This document shows, piece by piece, positions 52,798 to 63,374 of a DNA stretch of 64,000 nucleotides. The position numbers were made by a program, and so were the translations under genes. The stretch comes from an uncultured Armatimonadia bacterium (GTDB lineage: Bacteria > Armatimonadota > Zipacnadia > CAVVLO01), in NCBI GenBank assembly GCA_963749155.1, contig CAVVLO010000003.1, positions 32,001 to 96,000 of the forward strand. The letters are read 5' to 3'. The notes under the pieces are model-generated. The model saw nothing but the letters and a program-made list of their open reading frames with translations. It had not been told where the DNA came from and made no database searches. The number at the start of each line of letters is the position of its first letter. Position 1 is the stretch's first letter.

Positions 52798-52982
52798 CCT
52801 GTTGAGCATCAGGGCTCGGACTTCCTCCCGACGACCTAGGGCGCGCCGTCGCGACTGTGAATGTTTCGTTTGAGGAGTGGGCAAGAAATATGAACGTCCA
52901 CTGAAAGGTGACGCCTCCCCCCACCAACCTTCCGGACGAGTGGGGGGAGTTAGTAGTCCTCATATTCCGTTAGAGAGCGCTA

Positions 52983-54219
52983 CTACGCGCCCAGGCCGCC
53001 GCCGGAGCGGATGCCCCGCTCGGATTCGATCTTCGCCAGATAGCCGCTTTCCCGATAGGCCTTGAGGTAGTTGGGCGCGACGCCCAGCTCCTCGCGCGCC
53101 TGATACAGCAGCGGCGTCACGTCAACGTTGAAAGCCTCCACCAGGCAGCGCTCCGCCGCGATGATGTCGCCCGAATCCTGCGCCGCCTTCAGGCCCTTGC
53201 GGTCGATGATACTGGCCTTCGCATACGCCGTCTGGATGGCGTCCACGGTCTGGATCATCTCTTCGACCTTCGGCTTGAGCGCGTGGCACTGGTCCACCAT
53301 ATAGGCGATGACGTTGCTGCGAGCGGGGTTGAGCTCGTCGTCAATCAGTTCCTTGTAGATGAGGAAGAACTCGTAGGGGTTCACGCTGGCCGCGGTCAGG
53401 TCGTCGTCCGCGTAGCGCCTGTTGTTGAAGTGGAAGCCCCCGAGCATCCCCTCGTCCAGCAGGTTCGCGACTATCTGCTCGATATTGGTGCTGAGCGGAT
53501 GATGGCCGAGGTCAACCAGCACCTTGGCGCGGTCGCCGATACGCTGGCACATCAGCATCGAGGTGCCCCAGTCCGGGACGTCGGTCGCGTAGAAAGCAGG
53601 CTCGAAGAATTTGTACTCGAGCAGCATAACCATATCGGCCGGCATCGCATCATAGCTCGCTTGCAGGCCGTCGAGCATCCGATGCTTGCGCACGATGAAG
53701 TCATCCTGCCCGGGGAAGGTCGTGCCGTCCGCAAACCACATCGAGAGATACTTGCTGTCCAGCACTTTGCCTATCTCGATGCTCTCCAGCGTGTGGTCGA
53801 GGGCCATCTTGCGGGCTTTTTCGCAGGGGCTGGTGAAGCTGCCGAGCTTGTATTCCGGCGCCTGGAAGAGGTTGGGGTTGATGGCGCCGATGGCTGACGC
53901 CCGCCTCAGTGGCCATATCGGCGGTATCCTGGGCGCTCTCGAGACCTTTCTCGAAGTCCCACAGGACGTGGACGGCGACGGTCGGGCAGACGCCAGTTAT
54001 CTTGTTCACGAAGCCAGCGTCGTTCAGCTTCTCCTTCAGCGTGGCGGCGGCGCCGGCCTGGCGGAAAGTGCCAAACCGCGTGCCCGCGTCGGAATAGGCC
54101 CAGCTTGGAGTCTCGATCTCGTGCTGCTTTACGCCCTCTTTGGCCTGCTCGATGTCCACACCGCGCTCGGCGAGCTGGTCACTGAGCAGCTTGTAAGCGT
54201 CCTTCCAACAATAACCCAT
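52983..54219 (-). CDS. rhaI: L-rhamnose isomerase (RhaI / xylose-isomerase-like type); frameshift near 53893
   Basis: IETPSWAY..AGTRF, WFADG, LEYKFFEPAFYATDVPDWG, VDLGHH, GGFHFN.R.YADDDL, YMVDQCH. Confidence 0.88.
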
Positions 54220-54281
54220 CCTAAAGCCCTCCCTCGGCTTGAAATTTACTCAGGGCATTATGCACTGCCAGGCCCAAAGGC

Positions 54282-55839
54282 TCAAGTGGCAGGCTCGCTT
54301 TCCTGCCAGATGTCCTCCAGGCGCCATTCCTTGATACTTGTCAGCTCCAGAGCAGCGCCCTCGGCAATCAGCCGGACGCCCAAATCGCCAGGCTGGGGAG
54401 CGGCTCGCTCGGAAATCACTCCCCGCCCTGCCGCGTAGACCTCAAGCAAGTGCCGGTCGAGGAAAACGCGCAAAACAATCGGCGTATCCGGAATCAGCTC
54501 GACCTGGCCGGCCCTCCCCCCGCACTGCAGCGCGCCGGTGGCGCAGTCGAAAATAATCGGTGTCAGCCTCGGCGCGTCGGGAGCGCGAAGCATCTCGAGC
54601 CGGACGCGGCCGGTGCTGCCTGCAGGGAGCGTGAGTTCGACTTCGAGCAGGTTGCCGGGCGCCAAATCGAGGCTCTCCCCCGCCTCGAGAGCGACGTTTT
54701 GGCCCTCGAAGAGCGTCTCCTGGCGCAGTTTGGTGATCTCTTCCGCAGGCCACTGACGCAGTCTGAGGTCGGAATCAAGCGTAAGCTCGCGCGGGAGGGT
54801 GTGGAGGCCCTGCCAGGGCGAGCCGTCGCTGCTTCCAAAGATTAGCCAGCCCCACATCAGGCGCCGGCCTCGGTCATCGCGCAGGCTATTGGGCGCGTAG
54901 AAGAACTCGTCGGCGCTGAGTTCCATAGGATGCCATTCGCCGTGGTCGAAAGTCGTCCCGTCCCATTTGCCGACCGTGTAGCGGGTGTAACCGCGCAGGC
55001 CAGGCTGGCTGCTGAAGAGCGGCGAGATGACCAGCACCCAGTATTCTTCGCCCTCCGGCGTGGTCAGCGGGTAGAAATTGGGACATTCCCAGGCGATACA
55101 GTCGGCAGAAAGCTCGGGCGGGAAGAAACCGGTGAAGGTCCAGTCCACGAGGTTGGGCGACTCGAAACGCAAGGCCGTGCCGCCCTCTCCCTCGATGGCC
55201 GAACCGACTACCATCTTCCACAGGTCGCCCTCTTTCCACACGAAGGGGTCGCGGAAATCGGCGCGGAGATTCGCCACAGGGGGGCGATTTGGGATGACAG
55301 GGTTGCCCTCGAACTTGAACCAGGTCAGCCCGCCATCGAAGCTGCGCGCAAGGGCCTGGGTCTGAGGCTCGGCGGCCGTGTAGATGATAGTAGGCGCCTC
55401 GCCATCGAAGACAGTGTAGCCAGAGGCGATAACGGGATCATCATAGGTGCCTGGCGTCGGCGCAAGCGCAAGGGGCAACCGCTTCCAATGGATAAGATCC
55501 TCGCTGACCGCGTGCCCCCAGCAGGCGATGAAGGGCAGGTCAGGCCCGCCGTGGTGCTGGTAGAACAGATGGTAGGCCCCGCCAAACTGGATAGGCCCGT
55601 TGGGGTCGCCGATTGAGCGAGCCGCTCCGGTGAAGTGGTACCCAGGCCGCGCAGGATCACCTGCGACAAGAGGCGCGGCTTCGGAAATCCAGGCTTCGGC
55701 TGAAGCGAGCAAATCAAGATAGCTCTCTGGGCGCAATCCAGGCGCCGGTCGAGTCGGTAACGCGCACGAGGGCGTTCCCCCAGGCGGGAGGGAGCAACGC
55801 AAGTGAGAGCAGGCCGGCAAGCCAGGCGAGACGGGGCAT
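54282..55839 (-). CDS. Secreted GH32 glycoside hydrolase (beta-fructosidase-like); frameshift near 55728
   Basis: GDPNG, WGHAVSEDL, FRDP and WECP catalytic motifs; signal peptide MPRLAWLAGLLSL lies in another frame. Confidence 0.88.
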
Positions 55840-55908
55840 CACGGCGCTCCTTCCCAAAGATATTTCGAGCAAGCGGGAGTTCGGGGTATCGGGAGCGAAT
55901 CCTACCCT

Positions 55909-57702
55909 ATGGCAACAGAGGAAGTTTGCGCTAATAATCCAGAGGGACGCAACTTGGCAGGCAGCCTTGGCGCCTTGCTGCTTTATCCCGCCCTGTTTTG
56001 GGGGCAGTTTTATGGCTGGAAACTGCTGCAAGGGCGCCAGCTAAAGTCGGTTGCGCGCGAACTGCTCGGAGAAGCGCCGCTGGAGAGCGCCCTTCTGGGC
56101 GTGCTGGGCTTCGCAGCTTGCCTGATAGGGATTTTGGCAGGACTCAGGTGGCTTCGCCCCAGGCAGGTGGCGTTGCTTCGCAAGGCTGCCCTCTATCGCA
56201 AGCCGTTGATGACAGGCCTGGTTATAACCGTCGTTGGCTTTTATCTGCTGCGCTATATTAGTCTTGCGCCCTTCCTGCCCTATCACCCAAGCGGACTGGT
56301 AAATCCCGACACCTTCGGGCTGGAGTTCCAGGCAAAAGTTTTCGCTGACGGCAACCTTTGGGCAGAGGCGCCGGGGCCTTGTTTTGATACAGAAAGCATC
56401 GTCCAGCACGAGGGGCGGTGGTTTGGGAAATACCCTCCGGCCACGCCTCTCTACTTTGCGATTGGAGAGGCGCTGTTTAGTGACCCCAGACCACTTGCGA
56501 TGCTGCTTCCCTTGCTTGCGGCTTTGTTTGTGGGCCTTCTGGCAACCGAGATTTTTGGCACTTCGGCCGGCTACCTGGCGGCGGCGCTTTGGCTTGTTTC
56601 GGTCGAGGGACTGATCCATGGCCCCACAATACGAAGCAACCCGCTTGCCGCGGTGCTGGTCGCCCTGGCGGCCTGGGCTGCTGTGCGCCTTGTGAAGAGC
56701 GGCCGCTCTGGCTGGGCAGGTCTCCTCCTGTTTTGCGTATTCTTACAGGTAAACAACCGGATCTTCGATGCTTTGATTATGAGCGCTGGGCTAGGCGCGT
56801 ATGCCCTGTTTTTTTTCAAATCCAACAGGAAAGCCTCTCTGACAATTGGGTTGGCCACCGTCATCGGGTTATTCCTGGGTTTTGCTGGGATGCTAGGCGT
56901 GAATCAGCTCTATACGGGAGATCCCGTTAGGGCGCCGTTTGTTGTCTATTCGCCCTTCGATATACCCGGTTTCGGGCTAAGGCAGCATTCGCCCGACTTG
57001 ACGATGGCGGAGTTCACCCTGGCTGATGTACCGGCCAGTGCCCTTGCGCCTTTCAAGGCTTTGCACCGAACCTACACGCCCCTTGGCCTCTTGCTGCTGG
57101 TGGTTGCTCTGCCTGCGCTTTGGGGTAAGGCCAGGCGCGAGACAGCCCTTATACTCGTGACACTTGGCTCGCTAGTCAGTTACGGGTTGTTCTGGTACCC
57201 CAGCGTGCGCTATGGGATAGTGGTAATGCCGCTTGTGTCAGTATTGCTTGCGGGCGGTTGCCTTTACTTCGGAGCCAGGCGCTGGCAAAAAGCGCTTGTA
57301 GCGGGCTTCCTGTTCCTTCAGTTTGTAATATATCCCGCATATAACACGGCTTTTTGCAACCTGGCACCGGTGGCGACTGCCTCTGAACTAGCGCTCATCG
57401 CGGAGGCCAAATCGCAGCCGACGCTGGTCTTCCTTTCGCCTGCCACTATCCAATTTGGCGAGTTCGAAGGCACTAAACCGCGAACTGTAGCCAGGCGTAT
57501 CGGCCGACCCAATCAGGGCCTGGGCGCGCTCATCCCCGACCCGGCGTTGGAGGGCCCTCTTGTAGTGGCAGTTGACAGGGGAGAGGACGAAAACGCGAAA
57601 GTAATAGCTCGACTGCCCGGCAGGCGAGTCCTGCGCGCTACCTATGATGCGAAGGGAGAGGTCGTTATCGAGCCTTATACGCGCCAAAAGGGGCCAAAGT
57701 GA
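55909..57702 (+). CDS. GT-C fold membrane glycosyltransferase (ArnT/PMT-like), paralog 1
   Basis: Many TM helices; D...FQAKVFA.G, WFGKYPP, N..YTGDP, RYG motifs. Confidence 0.75.
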   Translation: MATEEVCANNPEGRNLAGSLGALLLYPALFWGQFYGWKLLQGRQLKSVARELLGEAPLESALLGVLGFAACLIGILAGLRWLRPRQVALLRKAALYRKPLMTGLVITVVGFYLLRYISLAPFLPYHPSGLVNPDTFGLEFQAKVFADGNLWAEAPGPCFDTESIVQHEGRWFGKYPPATPLYFAIGEALFSDPRPLAMLLPLLAALFVGLLATEIFGTSAGYLAAALWLVSVEGLIHGPTIRSNPLAAVLVALAAWAAVRLVKSGRSGWAGLLLFCVFLQVNNRIFDALIMSAGLGAYALFFFKSNRKASLTIGLATVIGLFLGFAGMLGVNQLYTGDPVRAPFVVYSPFDIPGFGLRQHSPDLTMAEFTLADVPASALAPFKALHRTYTPLGLLLLVVALPALWGKARRETALILVTLGSLVSYGLFWYPSVRYGIVVMPLVSVLLAGGCLYFGARRWQKALVAGFLFLQFVIYPAYNTAFCNLAPVATASELALIAEAKSQPTLVFLSPATIQFGEFEGTKPRTVARRIGRPNQGLGALIPDPALEGPLVVAVDRGEDENAKVIARLPGRRVLRATYDAKGEVVIEPYTRQKGPK

Positions 57703-59432
57703 GCCACGAACAACCTCAGGTAGATCCTCCAAACCTGCTGGTATGGTGTCTGGCAATCCTTTTATTCCCTGCAATCTTCTGGGGGCAGTTCTGGCTGTGG
57801 AAGGCGCTCCCCGCCGAGGTCCCGGTTGAGCCTTTGGCGGTCGGTCTAGGTTTGACTAGTGCTGGATTGCTTGCGCTGGCTTTGCGAAATCACCAGGCTG
57901 CCACGCTGGAAACGCTGAACCGTTATCGAGCTCCTCTGCTGCTTGGCGTGCTGCTCGCGGTAACCGGATTCCACATTGCCCGGTATGCCTCGGTAGCGCC
58001 TTTTTTGCCTTATGACTATGACTCAAGAGTAAATATGGACACTTTTGCGCTGGACTTCCAGGCGAAGGTGTTCAGCGAAGGCAAGCTTTGGGCAGAGGCG
58101 CCAGGCGCCAGTTTCGATACGCTGGGGGTTGTTCAGTTTGAAGGCCGCTGGTTTGGCAGGTATCCCCCTCTCACTCCACTTTACTTCGCGCTTGGCGAGA
58201 GATTGCTTAAAGATCCTCGCCCTTTGGCAATCTTGCTGCCGCTGCTTGCGGCCTTATTGGCTGGCTTGCTGGCATCAGAGTTCTTCGGCGCGTCAGCAGG
58301 TTATCTGGCAGCGGCGCTCTGGCTGGTTTCCAAAGAGGCGCTGGTGCTCTTCCCCACTGTGCGCAGCAATCCGGTCGCTGCGGTCTTACTGCTTGTCGGG
58401 GCCTGGGCAGCGGTAAAACTTGCCAAAAGTGGCCGGCCTGGCTGGGCGCTGCTGGTGGCCCTTGCGCTAGTGCTGCAACTTAACAACCGAGCCTTCGATG
58501 GCCTGATTATGGCACTTGGCCTGGGCGTATATGCCCTCCTTCTTTTGAAACCGTCGAGGCGAGTGGGCCTGAGGCTTGGACTGGCAACGCTGGCTGGAAT
58601 CGGCTTCGGATTTGCCGTGATGCTGGGTGTGAACCACCTGTACACTGGCGATGTGTTAACAGCACCTTTCCAACTGTTTTCTCCCAAAGACCTGCCTGGC
58701 TTCGGCCCCAGGCAACATTCTCCTGAGACTACTCTGGTGAACTACACCCCTGCTGATATGTTGCCAAACGTGCTTGCGCCTTTCAATGCTTTATGGCGCA
58801 CTTACACCCCGCTTGGTATCCTGCTGCTCGCGCTTGCCTGGCCCCGGCTTTGGCGTAAACACAAGGCCGAAACGGGGCTGCTGCTGGCTTTCGTGCTGGG
58901 ACTGGCAGTCTACGGCCTGCACTGGTTCCCTAGCCCTCGTTATGGGATGGTCGTAGCGCCCTTTGTTGGAGTATTTGTTGCGGGCGCCTGCCTTGGTAGC
59001 TCCGCCAAAAGCTGGTGGCGATTGCTGCTTGGCCTCTTTCTGGTCGCGCATTTCTGGATTACCCCTTCGCTGACCGCGGTCCGATGTAATCTGAGTCCTG
59101 TGGCGCAGCCAGCCGAACTGGCGCTGCTGGAAGAGGCTCGTTCAGCGCCAGCTTTGGTCTTTCTTTCCCCAGCCACTACACTTTTTGAAGATATGGCTGG
59201 ACATAAAAAGATATCTGTAGCCAGAGTGATAGGCAGACCCAACACGGGCCTTGGTGCGCTCCTCCCTTCTCCAACTCTTAATTCGCCTCTGGTCGTCGCC
59301 CTGGACAGGGGGGCGGTCGCAAACGCCGAAGTCATCCGCCGACTGCCAGGCAGGCGAGTACTGCTGGCTGTCTATGGTGAGGAAGGCTCTGTGACTATCA
59401 CACCTTACAGTCCGGAGGGCGAAACACAGTGA
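57699..59432 (+). CDS. GT-C fold membrane glycosyltransferase (ArnT/PMT-like), paralog 2
   Basis: Colinear with paralog 1 (FQAKVFSEG, WFGRYPP, YTGD); GTGA translational coupling. Confidence 0.75.
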   Translation: MSHEQPQVDPPNLLVWCLAILLFPAIFWGQFWLWKALPAEVPVEPLAVGLGLTSAGLLALALRNHQAATLETLNRYRAPLLLGVLLAVTGFHIARYASVAPFLPYDYDSRVNMDTFALDFQAKVFSEGKLWAEAPGASFDTLGVVQFEGRWFGRYPPLTPLYFALGERLLKDPRPLAILLPLLAALLAGLLASEFFGASAGYLAAALWLVSKEALVLFPTVRSNPVAAVLLLVGAWAAVKLAKSGRPGWALLVALALVLQLNNRAFDGLIMALGLGVYALLLLKPSRRVGLRLGLATLAGIGFGFAVMLGVNHLYTGDVLTAPFQLFSPKDLPGFGPRQHSPETTLVNYTPADMLPNVLAPFNALWRTYTPLGILLLALAWPRLWRKHKAETGLLLAFVLGLAVYGLHWFPSPRYGMVVAPFVGVFVAGACLGSSAKSWWRLLLGLFLVAHFWITPSLTAVRCNLSPVAQPAELALLEEARSAPALVFLSPATTLFEDMAGHKKISVARVIGRPNTGLGALLPSPTLNSPLVVALDRGAVANAEVIRRLPGRRVLLAVYGEEGSVTITPYSPEGETQ

Positions 59433-60724
59433 GGGTTTGCATCCTGGGGGGCGGCTTGAGTGGGCTGGCAGCGGCCTGGTTCGCCGAAAAGGCCGGCCAT
59501 TCGGTCGTCGTGCTGGAGCAAGAGGCTCGCTTCGGCGGGCTCGTACAGGGTTTCGAGGTAGGCGGCAACTGGCTGGATCGCTTCTATCGTCACGTCTTCC
59601 CTGGCAGCGACGCCCTGCTCAGCCTGCTCGAAGAATTGAACCTGGCAGGCGATCTGGCCGGCTATGATTCCACCACGGGTGTCTTCGCAAAGGACCGCTG
59701 CTGGCCTTTTAATGGCCCCAAAGACGTGCTCAAGTTCGGCGCGATGTCGCTTATGGGAAGACTCCGTTTTGGCCTGGGAATGACTCTCGGACTGAGGCGC
59801 GACAGCTTTGAAGCACTGGAAGAGGTGGCAGCGCCTGACTGGGTGCGCCGTCGGATGGGCGCTCAGGCTCTGGACAACCTGCTTGGGCCAATGCTGCGCG
59901 CCAAATTTGGCGCCCAGGGCGATGAGGTTACTGCCGCGTGGCTTTTTTCGCGTTTGCGAGACCGAGCCGAAAGCCGCAAACAGGGCAAGCGCGAGCAACT
60001 CGCTTACCTGAAGGGCAGCTTCCAGCGTATGCTGGAGGCCCTTGTGGCCCGTCTCAGCGCGGATAAAGTCGAACTCAGGCCCTCTGTCACCACCAGGCGC
60101 CTTGCCAGGGGGCATAAAGGCTTCCTGCTGGAAACCTCCCTTGGCGACTTCGAAGCCGATGCCCTGATCGCTGCTCTCCCCGGTCAGCAATTTGCGCCTT
60201 TGCTGTCGGAGGAGCTTGCTCGAGAACTGCCTGCCGAGCAGGCTGCCCCCCTTGATTACGCGGCCAACCTCTGCACCGTGCTTTCCCTCGACAGGCCACT
60301 ACTGGACTACTATTGGCTAAATATCGCAGATGACAGGTTGCCCTTCACGGGCGTGATAGAACACACCAACTTCATCAGCCCTGCCGAATACGGGGGCCGT
60401 CATCTGGTGTATCTCTCCCATTATCTGCCTCGTGATGATGTCCTGTTTACTACGCCTGATAAAGCGCTGCTTGCGCACTATTATCCTGCGCTGGAGCGCA
60501 TCCGGCCGGGTTTCAGCCCCGACTGGGTAGATCGCCACTGGACCTTCCGCTGGCAGTGGGCTCAGCCCCTCTTCCCGCTTGGGTATAGCCGCATAAAGCC
60601 GCCCTTTGCGACGGCTGTGCCGGGCCTTTACCAGCTCAATATGAGCCAGCACTATCCCGAGAGTCGCCAGATGAACACTTGCATTGCTCTGGCCGCCCGT
60701 CTCGTGCGAGAGCTTCAGGATTGA
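59429..60724 (+). CDS. NAD(P)/FAD-dependent oxidoreductase (protoporphyrinogen-oxidase-like, PRK07233-type)
   Basis: ILGGGLSGLAAA Rossmann motif, DRFYRH, YYWLNI.D..PF.G.IEHTN, AQP, YPESR. Confidence 0.85.
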   Translation: MRVCILGGGLSGLAAAWFAEKAGHSVVVLEQEARFGGLVQGFEVGGNWLDRFYRHVFPGSDALLSLLEELNLAGDLAGYDSTTGVFAKDRCWPFNGPKDVLKFGAMSLMGRLRFGLGMTLGLRRDSFEALEEVAAPDWVRRRMGAQALDNLLGPMLRAKFGAQGDEVTAAWLFSRLRDRAESRKQGKREQLAYLKGSFQRMLEALVARLSADKVELRPSVTTRRLARGHKGFLLETSLGDFEADALIAALPGQQFAPLLSEELARELPAEQAAPLDYAANLCTVLSLDRPLLDYYWLNIADDRLPFTGVIEHTNFISPAEYGGRHLVYLSHYLPRDDVLFTTPDKALLAHYYPALERIRPGFSPDWVDRHWTFRWQWAQPLFPLGYSRIKPPFATAVPGLYQLNMSQHYPESRQMNTCIALAARLVRELQD

Positions 60725-60736
60725 CCAGGAGTTGCT

Positions 60737-63049
60737 ATGAAACTGTTTGTAGTCTTGCTAGTCCTGCTTGTATTGCTCCCGGCCTGGGTCTCCGAGGCCA
60801 GAACCAGGCTCTTCTATCCTGCGACTTTGCAGCCACTTCCCCCTGCCGAAGTGCGATTGGTCGGCCCCCTCGGTGACCGCTGGAGCGCCAATCTCGAGAA
60901 CTGGCTGCTGCCGATGAGTGAAGAACTGCTCTGCGGCTGCTTCGAGACTCACGACGTGCAGCATCCCTGGGTCGGCGAGTTCGCCGGCAAATGGCTGGAT
61001 GCCGCTGTCCTCTGCTACCAGGTCTCCCCGGATGAACGGCTCAGAGAGAAGCTAATCCGGGTCGTGGACAGGCTCGTTGCCGCCCAGGAGCCTGACGGGT
61101 ATCTGGGCACCTATCCCGAGGGTAAACGGTTCATCTTCGAGGGCATCTACACCTGGGATGTCTGGGTGCACAAATATACGCTGCTCGGTTTGCTGCGGTA
61201 TGTGGAGGAGACAGAGAACGCCGAAGCGCTTACCGCCGCGCGTCGCATCGGCGACTTGCTAATTACAACCTTTGGCGAGGCGCCAGGACAAAAAGATATT
61301 CTCTCGGCTGGCACTTTCAATGGGATGGCCGCTACCTCCCTCCTGCAGCCTGTGGTTTATCTTTACAAGCTGACCGGAGAACAACGCTACCTCGACTTCG
61401 CGCATTATCTAGTGCGCCGGATGGACGACCCTGACGGCCCAGGACTTGTGACGGCTTTGCTGGAAGGCAAATCCGTAGCTGAAACGCCCCAGACCAAGGC
61501 TTATGAGCTGCTTTCCAACCTGGTCGGCCTGGTAGAGTTGTATGGGATAACAGGAGAAAAACGCCTTCTTCGCGCTGCGGAGCTGGCCTGGGACGACATC
61601 CGGGCAAATCGGCTTTATATCACTGGCGGGGCAAGCTCCGGCGAACTCTTCCGGCCTGATGGAGTGCTGCCTTTCAGTTCGCGCGACAATATCCAGGAGA
61701 CCTGCGTCACCTTTTCCTGGCTGCAGCTAACGAGCTACTTGCTGGGCACCACGGGCGAAGCCAAATACGCGGATGCTTATCTCGATACCGCCTGCAACCA
61801 ACTGCTGGGCGCCCAGGCGCCCGATGGCAAGCGCTGGTGCTATTACTGTCCGCTGACCGGCCTGAAGCCGTACAGTACGGAAGTCCATTGTTGTAGCTCC
61901 AACGGCCCAAGAGGCATCGCCTGGCTTGCCCAGCACTGTGTCTGGCAGGGGGCCGAGGGGCCAGTTGTCGCCTTGCCCTCGGCCGGCGCATATGGTTTCC
62001 ATACTCCAGGCGCCAGGGAAGGCTGGCTCTATGTCAGTGGAGACTTCCCCTTCGGAGAGGAAGTGACCCTTAGACTAAAATTAGAGGCACAGGAGACCTT
62101 TACCCTGAGACTGCTTGCCCCCACCTGGGCCACTGGGGCGACTTGCCGCCTGCCCGACGGCGAAAAAGTGACCTTCCCCGCTGGGCCAGCCTGGCTGGAC
62201 CTCAACCGCAAATGGAAGTCGGGTGATGTGATAAAGCTGGATTTCAATTTCCAAACGCAGCTTGTTCAGGGAGAAGAAGTCTATCCCGGGTATGCCGCAA
62301 TCAAGTATGGCCCGCTGGTGCTGGCTTATGATTCCACCCTCATCGAGGGCGACCGCGGCCACGAGTGGCAGGCCGACTGCCTACCTGCCTCGGTGGAGGC
62401 GCTGGACCTGGAGCCAGTCGAAAAGCGTCCCGAAGGCCCACTCTATTCGGTAAACGTCTTCTCGCGACTGACCGGCCGCGAAAGCCGGCTGCCGCTTGTG
62501 CCCTGGGCGATTGCGGGTTCCAGTGGAGGCCAACTCCGCATCTGGCTGCCTGATTTCACCAATCTCGGTACCGAACCAGACTGGAGCCTTTTTGCCTTCT
62601 ACTCGGAAAGCAGCCAGTCCCGAACTGGCAACGTCAGCGAGCCGTTCAACGACGACGACCCTGGCACTTTTTCAGTCACGTTCACCGGCGGCAGACTGGC
62701 CGAAGACTGGTTCGCGGTCGAGCTGACGCAGCCTGTTACCTTCACCCGGCTGGTCTATGTCCATGGGCGAAGCTTCCACGATGGGGGCTGGTTTGATGCG
62801 AGCTCAGGGAAGCCGCGCTTCGAGATAAAGCGGACAGTGGACGGCCAGTGGGAGCCGCTGGTGGTGCTGGAGAGCTATCCTGATACGACAGCGAGGGATG
62901 CGCGAGGCCTCGTGGGTGGCGAAGTCTTCGAGACCCGTGTGCCAGCCACAAGGGCCGTTGCGGTAAGAATCCTTGGCGCGCCATCCTGCGGCGACAATCC
63001 TGCCCAGGCTTTTGCTTCCTGCGCCGAACTTGAGGCTTTCGCTGAGTAA
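60737..63049 (+). CDS. Secreted GH127/GH146-type beta-L-arabinofuranosidase-like protein with C-terminal beta-sandwich
   Basis: GEFAGKWL, QEPDGYLG, KAYE, ETCVT, HCCSSNGPRG, YGPLVLA. Confidence 0.85.
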   Translation: MKLFVVLLVLLVLLPAWVSEARTRLFYPATLQPLPPAEVRLVGPLGDRWSANLENWLLPMSEELLCGCFETHDVQHPWVGEFAGKWLDAAVLCYQVSPDERLREKLIRVVDRLVAAQEPDGYLGTYPEGKRFIFEGIYTWDVWVHKYTLLGLLRYVEETENAEALTAARRIGDLLITTFGEAPGQKDILSAGTFNGMAATSLLQPVVYLYKLTGEQRYLDFAHYLVRRMDDPDGPGLVTALLEGKSVAETPQTKAYELLSNLVGLVELYGITGEKRLLRAAELAWDDIRANRLYITGGASSGELFRPDGVLPFSSRDNIQETCVTFSWLQLTSYLLGTTGEAKYADAYLDTACNQLLGAQAPDGKRWCYYCPLTGLKPYSTEVHCCSSNGPRGIAWLAQHCVWQGAEGPVVALPSAGAYGFHTPGAREGWLYVSGDFPFGEEVTLRLKLEAQETFTLRLLAPTWATGATCRLPDGEKVTFPAGPAWLDLNRKWKSGDVIKLDFNFQTQLVQGEEVYPGYAAIKYGPLVLAYDSTLIEGDRGHEWQADCLPASVEALDLEPVEKRPEGPLYSVNVFSRLTGRESRLPLVPWAIAGSSGGQLRIWLPDFTNLGTEPDWSLFAFYSESSQSRTGNVSEPFNDDDPGTFSVTFTGGRLAEDWFAVELTQPVTFTRLVYVHGRSFHDGGWFDASSGKPRFEIKRTVDGQWEPLVVLESYPDTTARDARGLVGGEVFETRVPATRAVAVRILGAPSCGDNPAQAFASCAELEAFAE

Positions 63050-63050
63050 A

Positions 63051-63338
63051 CTAGACCGCGGCAGGTCCTTCGGCGCCTGGCTCAGGCATCGGCGAGGTTG
63101 GCTGTGCAGGCGAGGCTAGCGGGCACTTGAGGACGCCCTGTTTCTTCAGTGCCATCACGATGCCAACGGCGCCCGCGATGAACAGCACCAGCTTGAGTAA
63201 ACGCGCAAAGGGCCTGGGAGCGAGCCAGATACCCAGCGGCGCGAGCCCTGTCGGCGCCAGCCAGGCAGCCCAGCGGATTTTCCGGTCGATTAGAGCAAGG
63301 CGAGTTTCAAGTTCCTGATCTGTGATGGGCATATACAT
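63051..63338 (-). CDS. Small membrane protein
   Basis: GAGGG-type SD, two hydrophobic helices, Pro-rich tail. Confidence 0.55.
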   Translation of the reverse strand: MYMPITDQELETRLALIDRKIRWAAWLAPTGLAPLGIWLAPRPFARLLKLVLFIAGAVGIVMALKKQGVLKCPLASPAQPTSPMPEPGAEGPAAV

Positions 63339-63374
63339 CCCTCGCTGAGAGCTAGCAATCGTTGGGCTTGTCCC

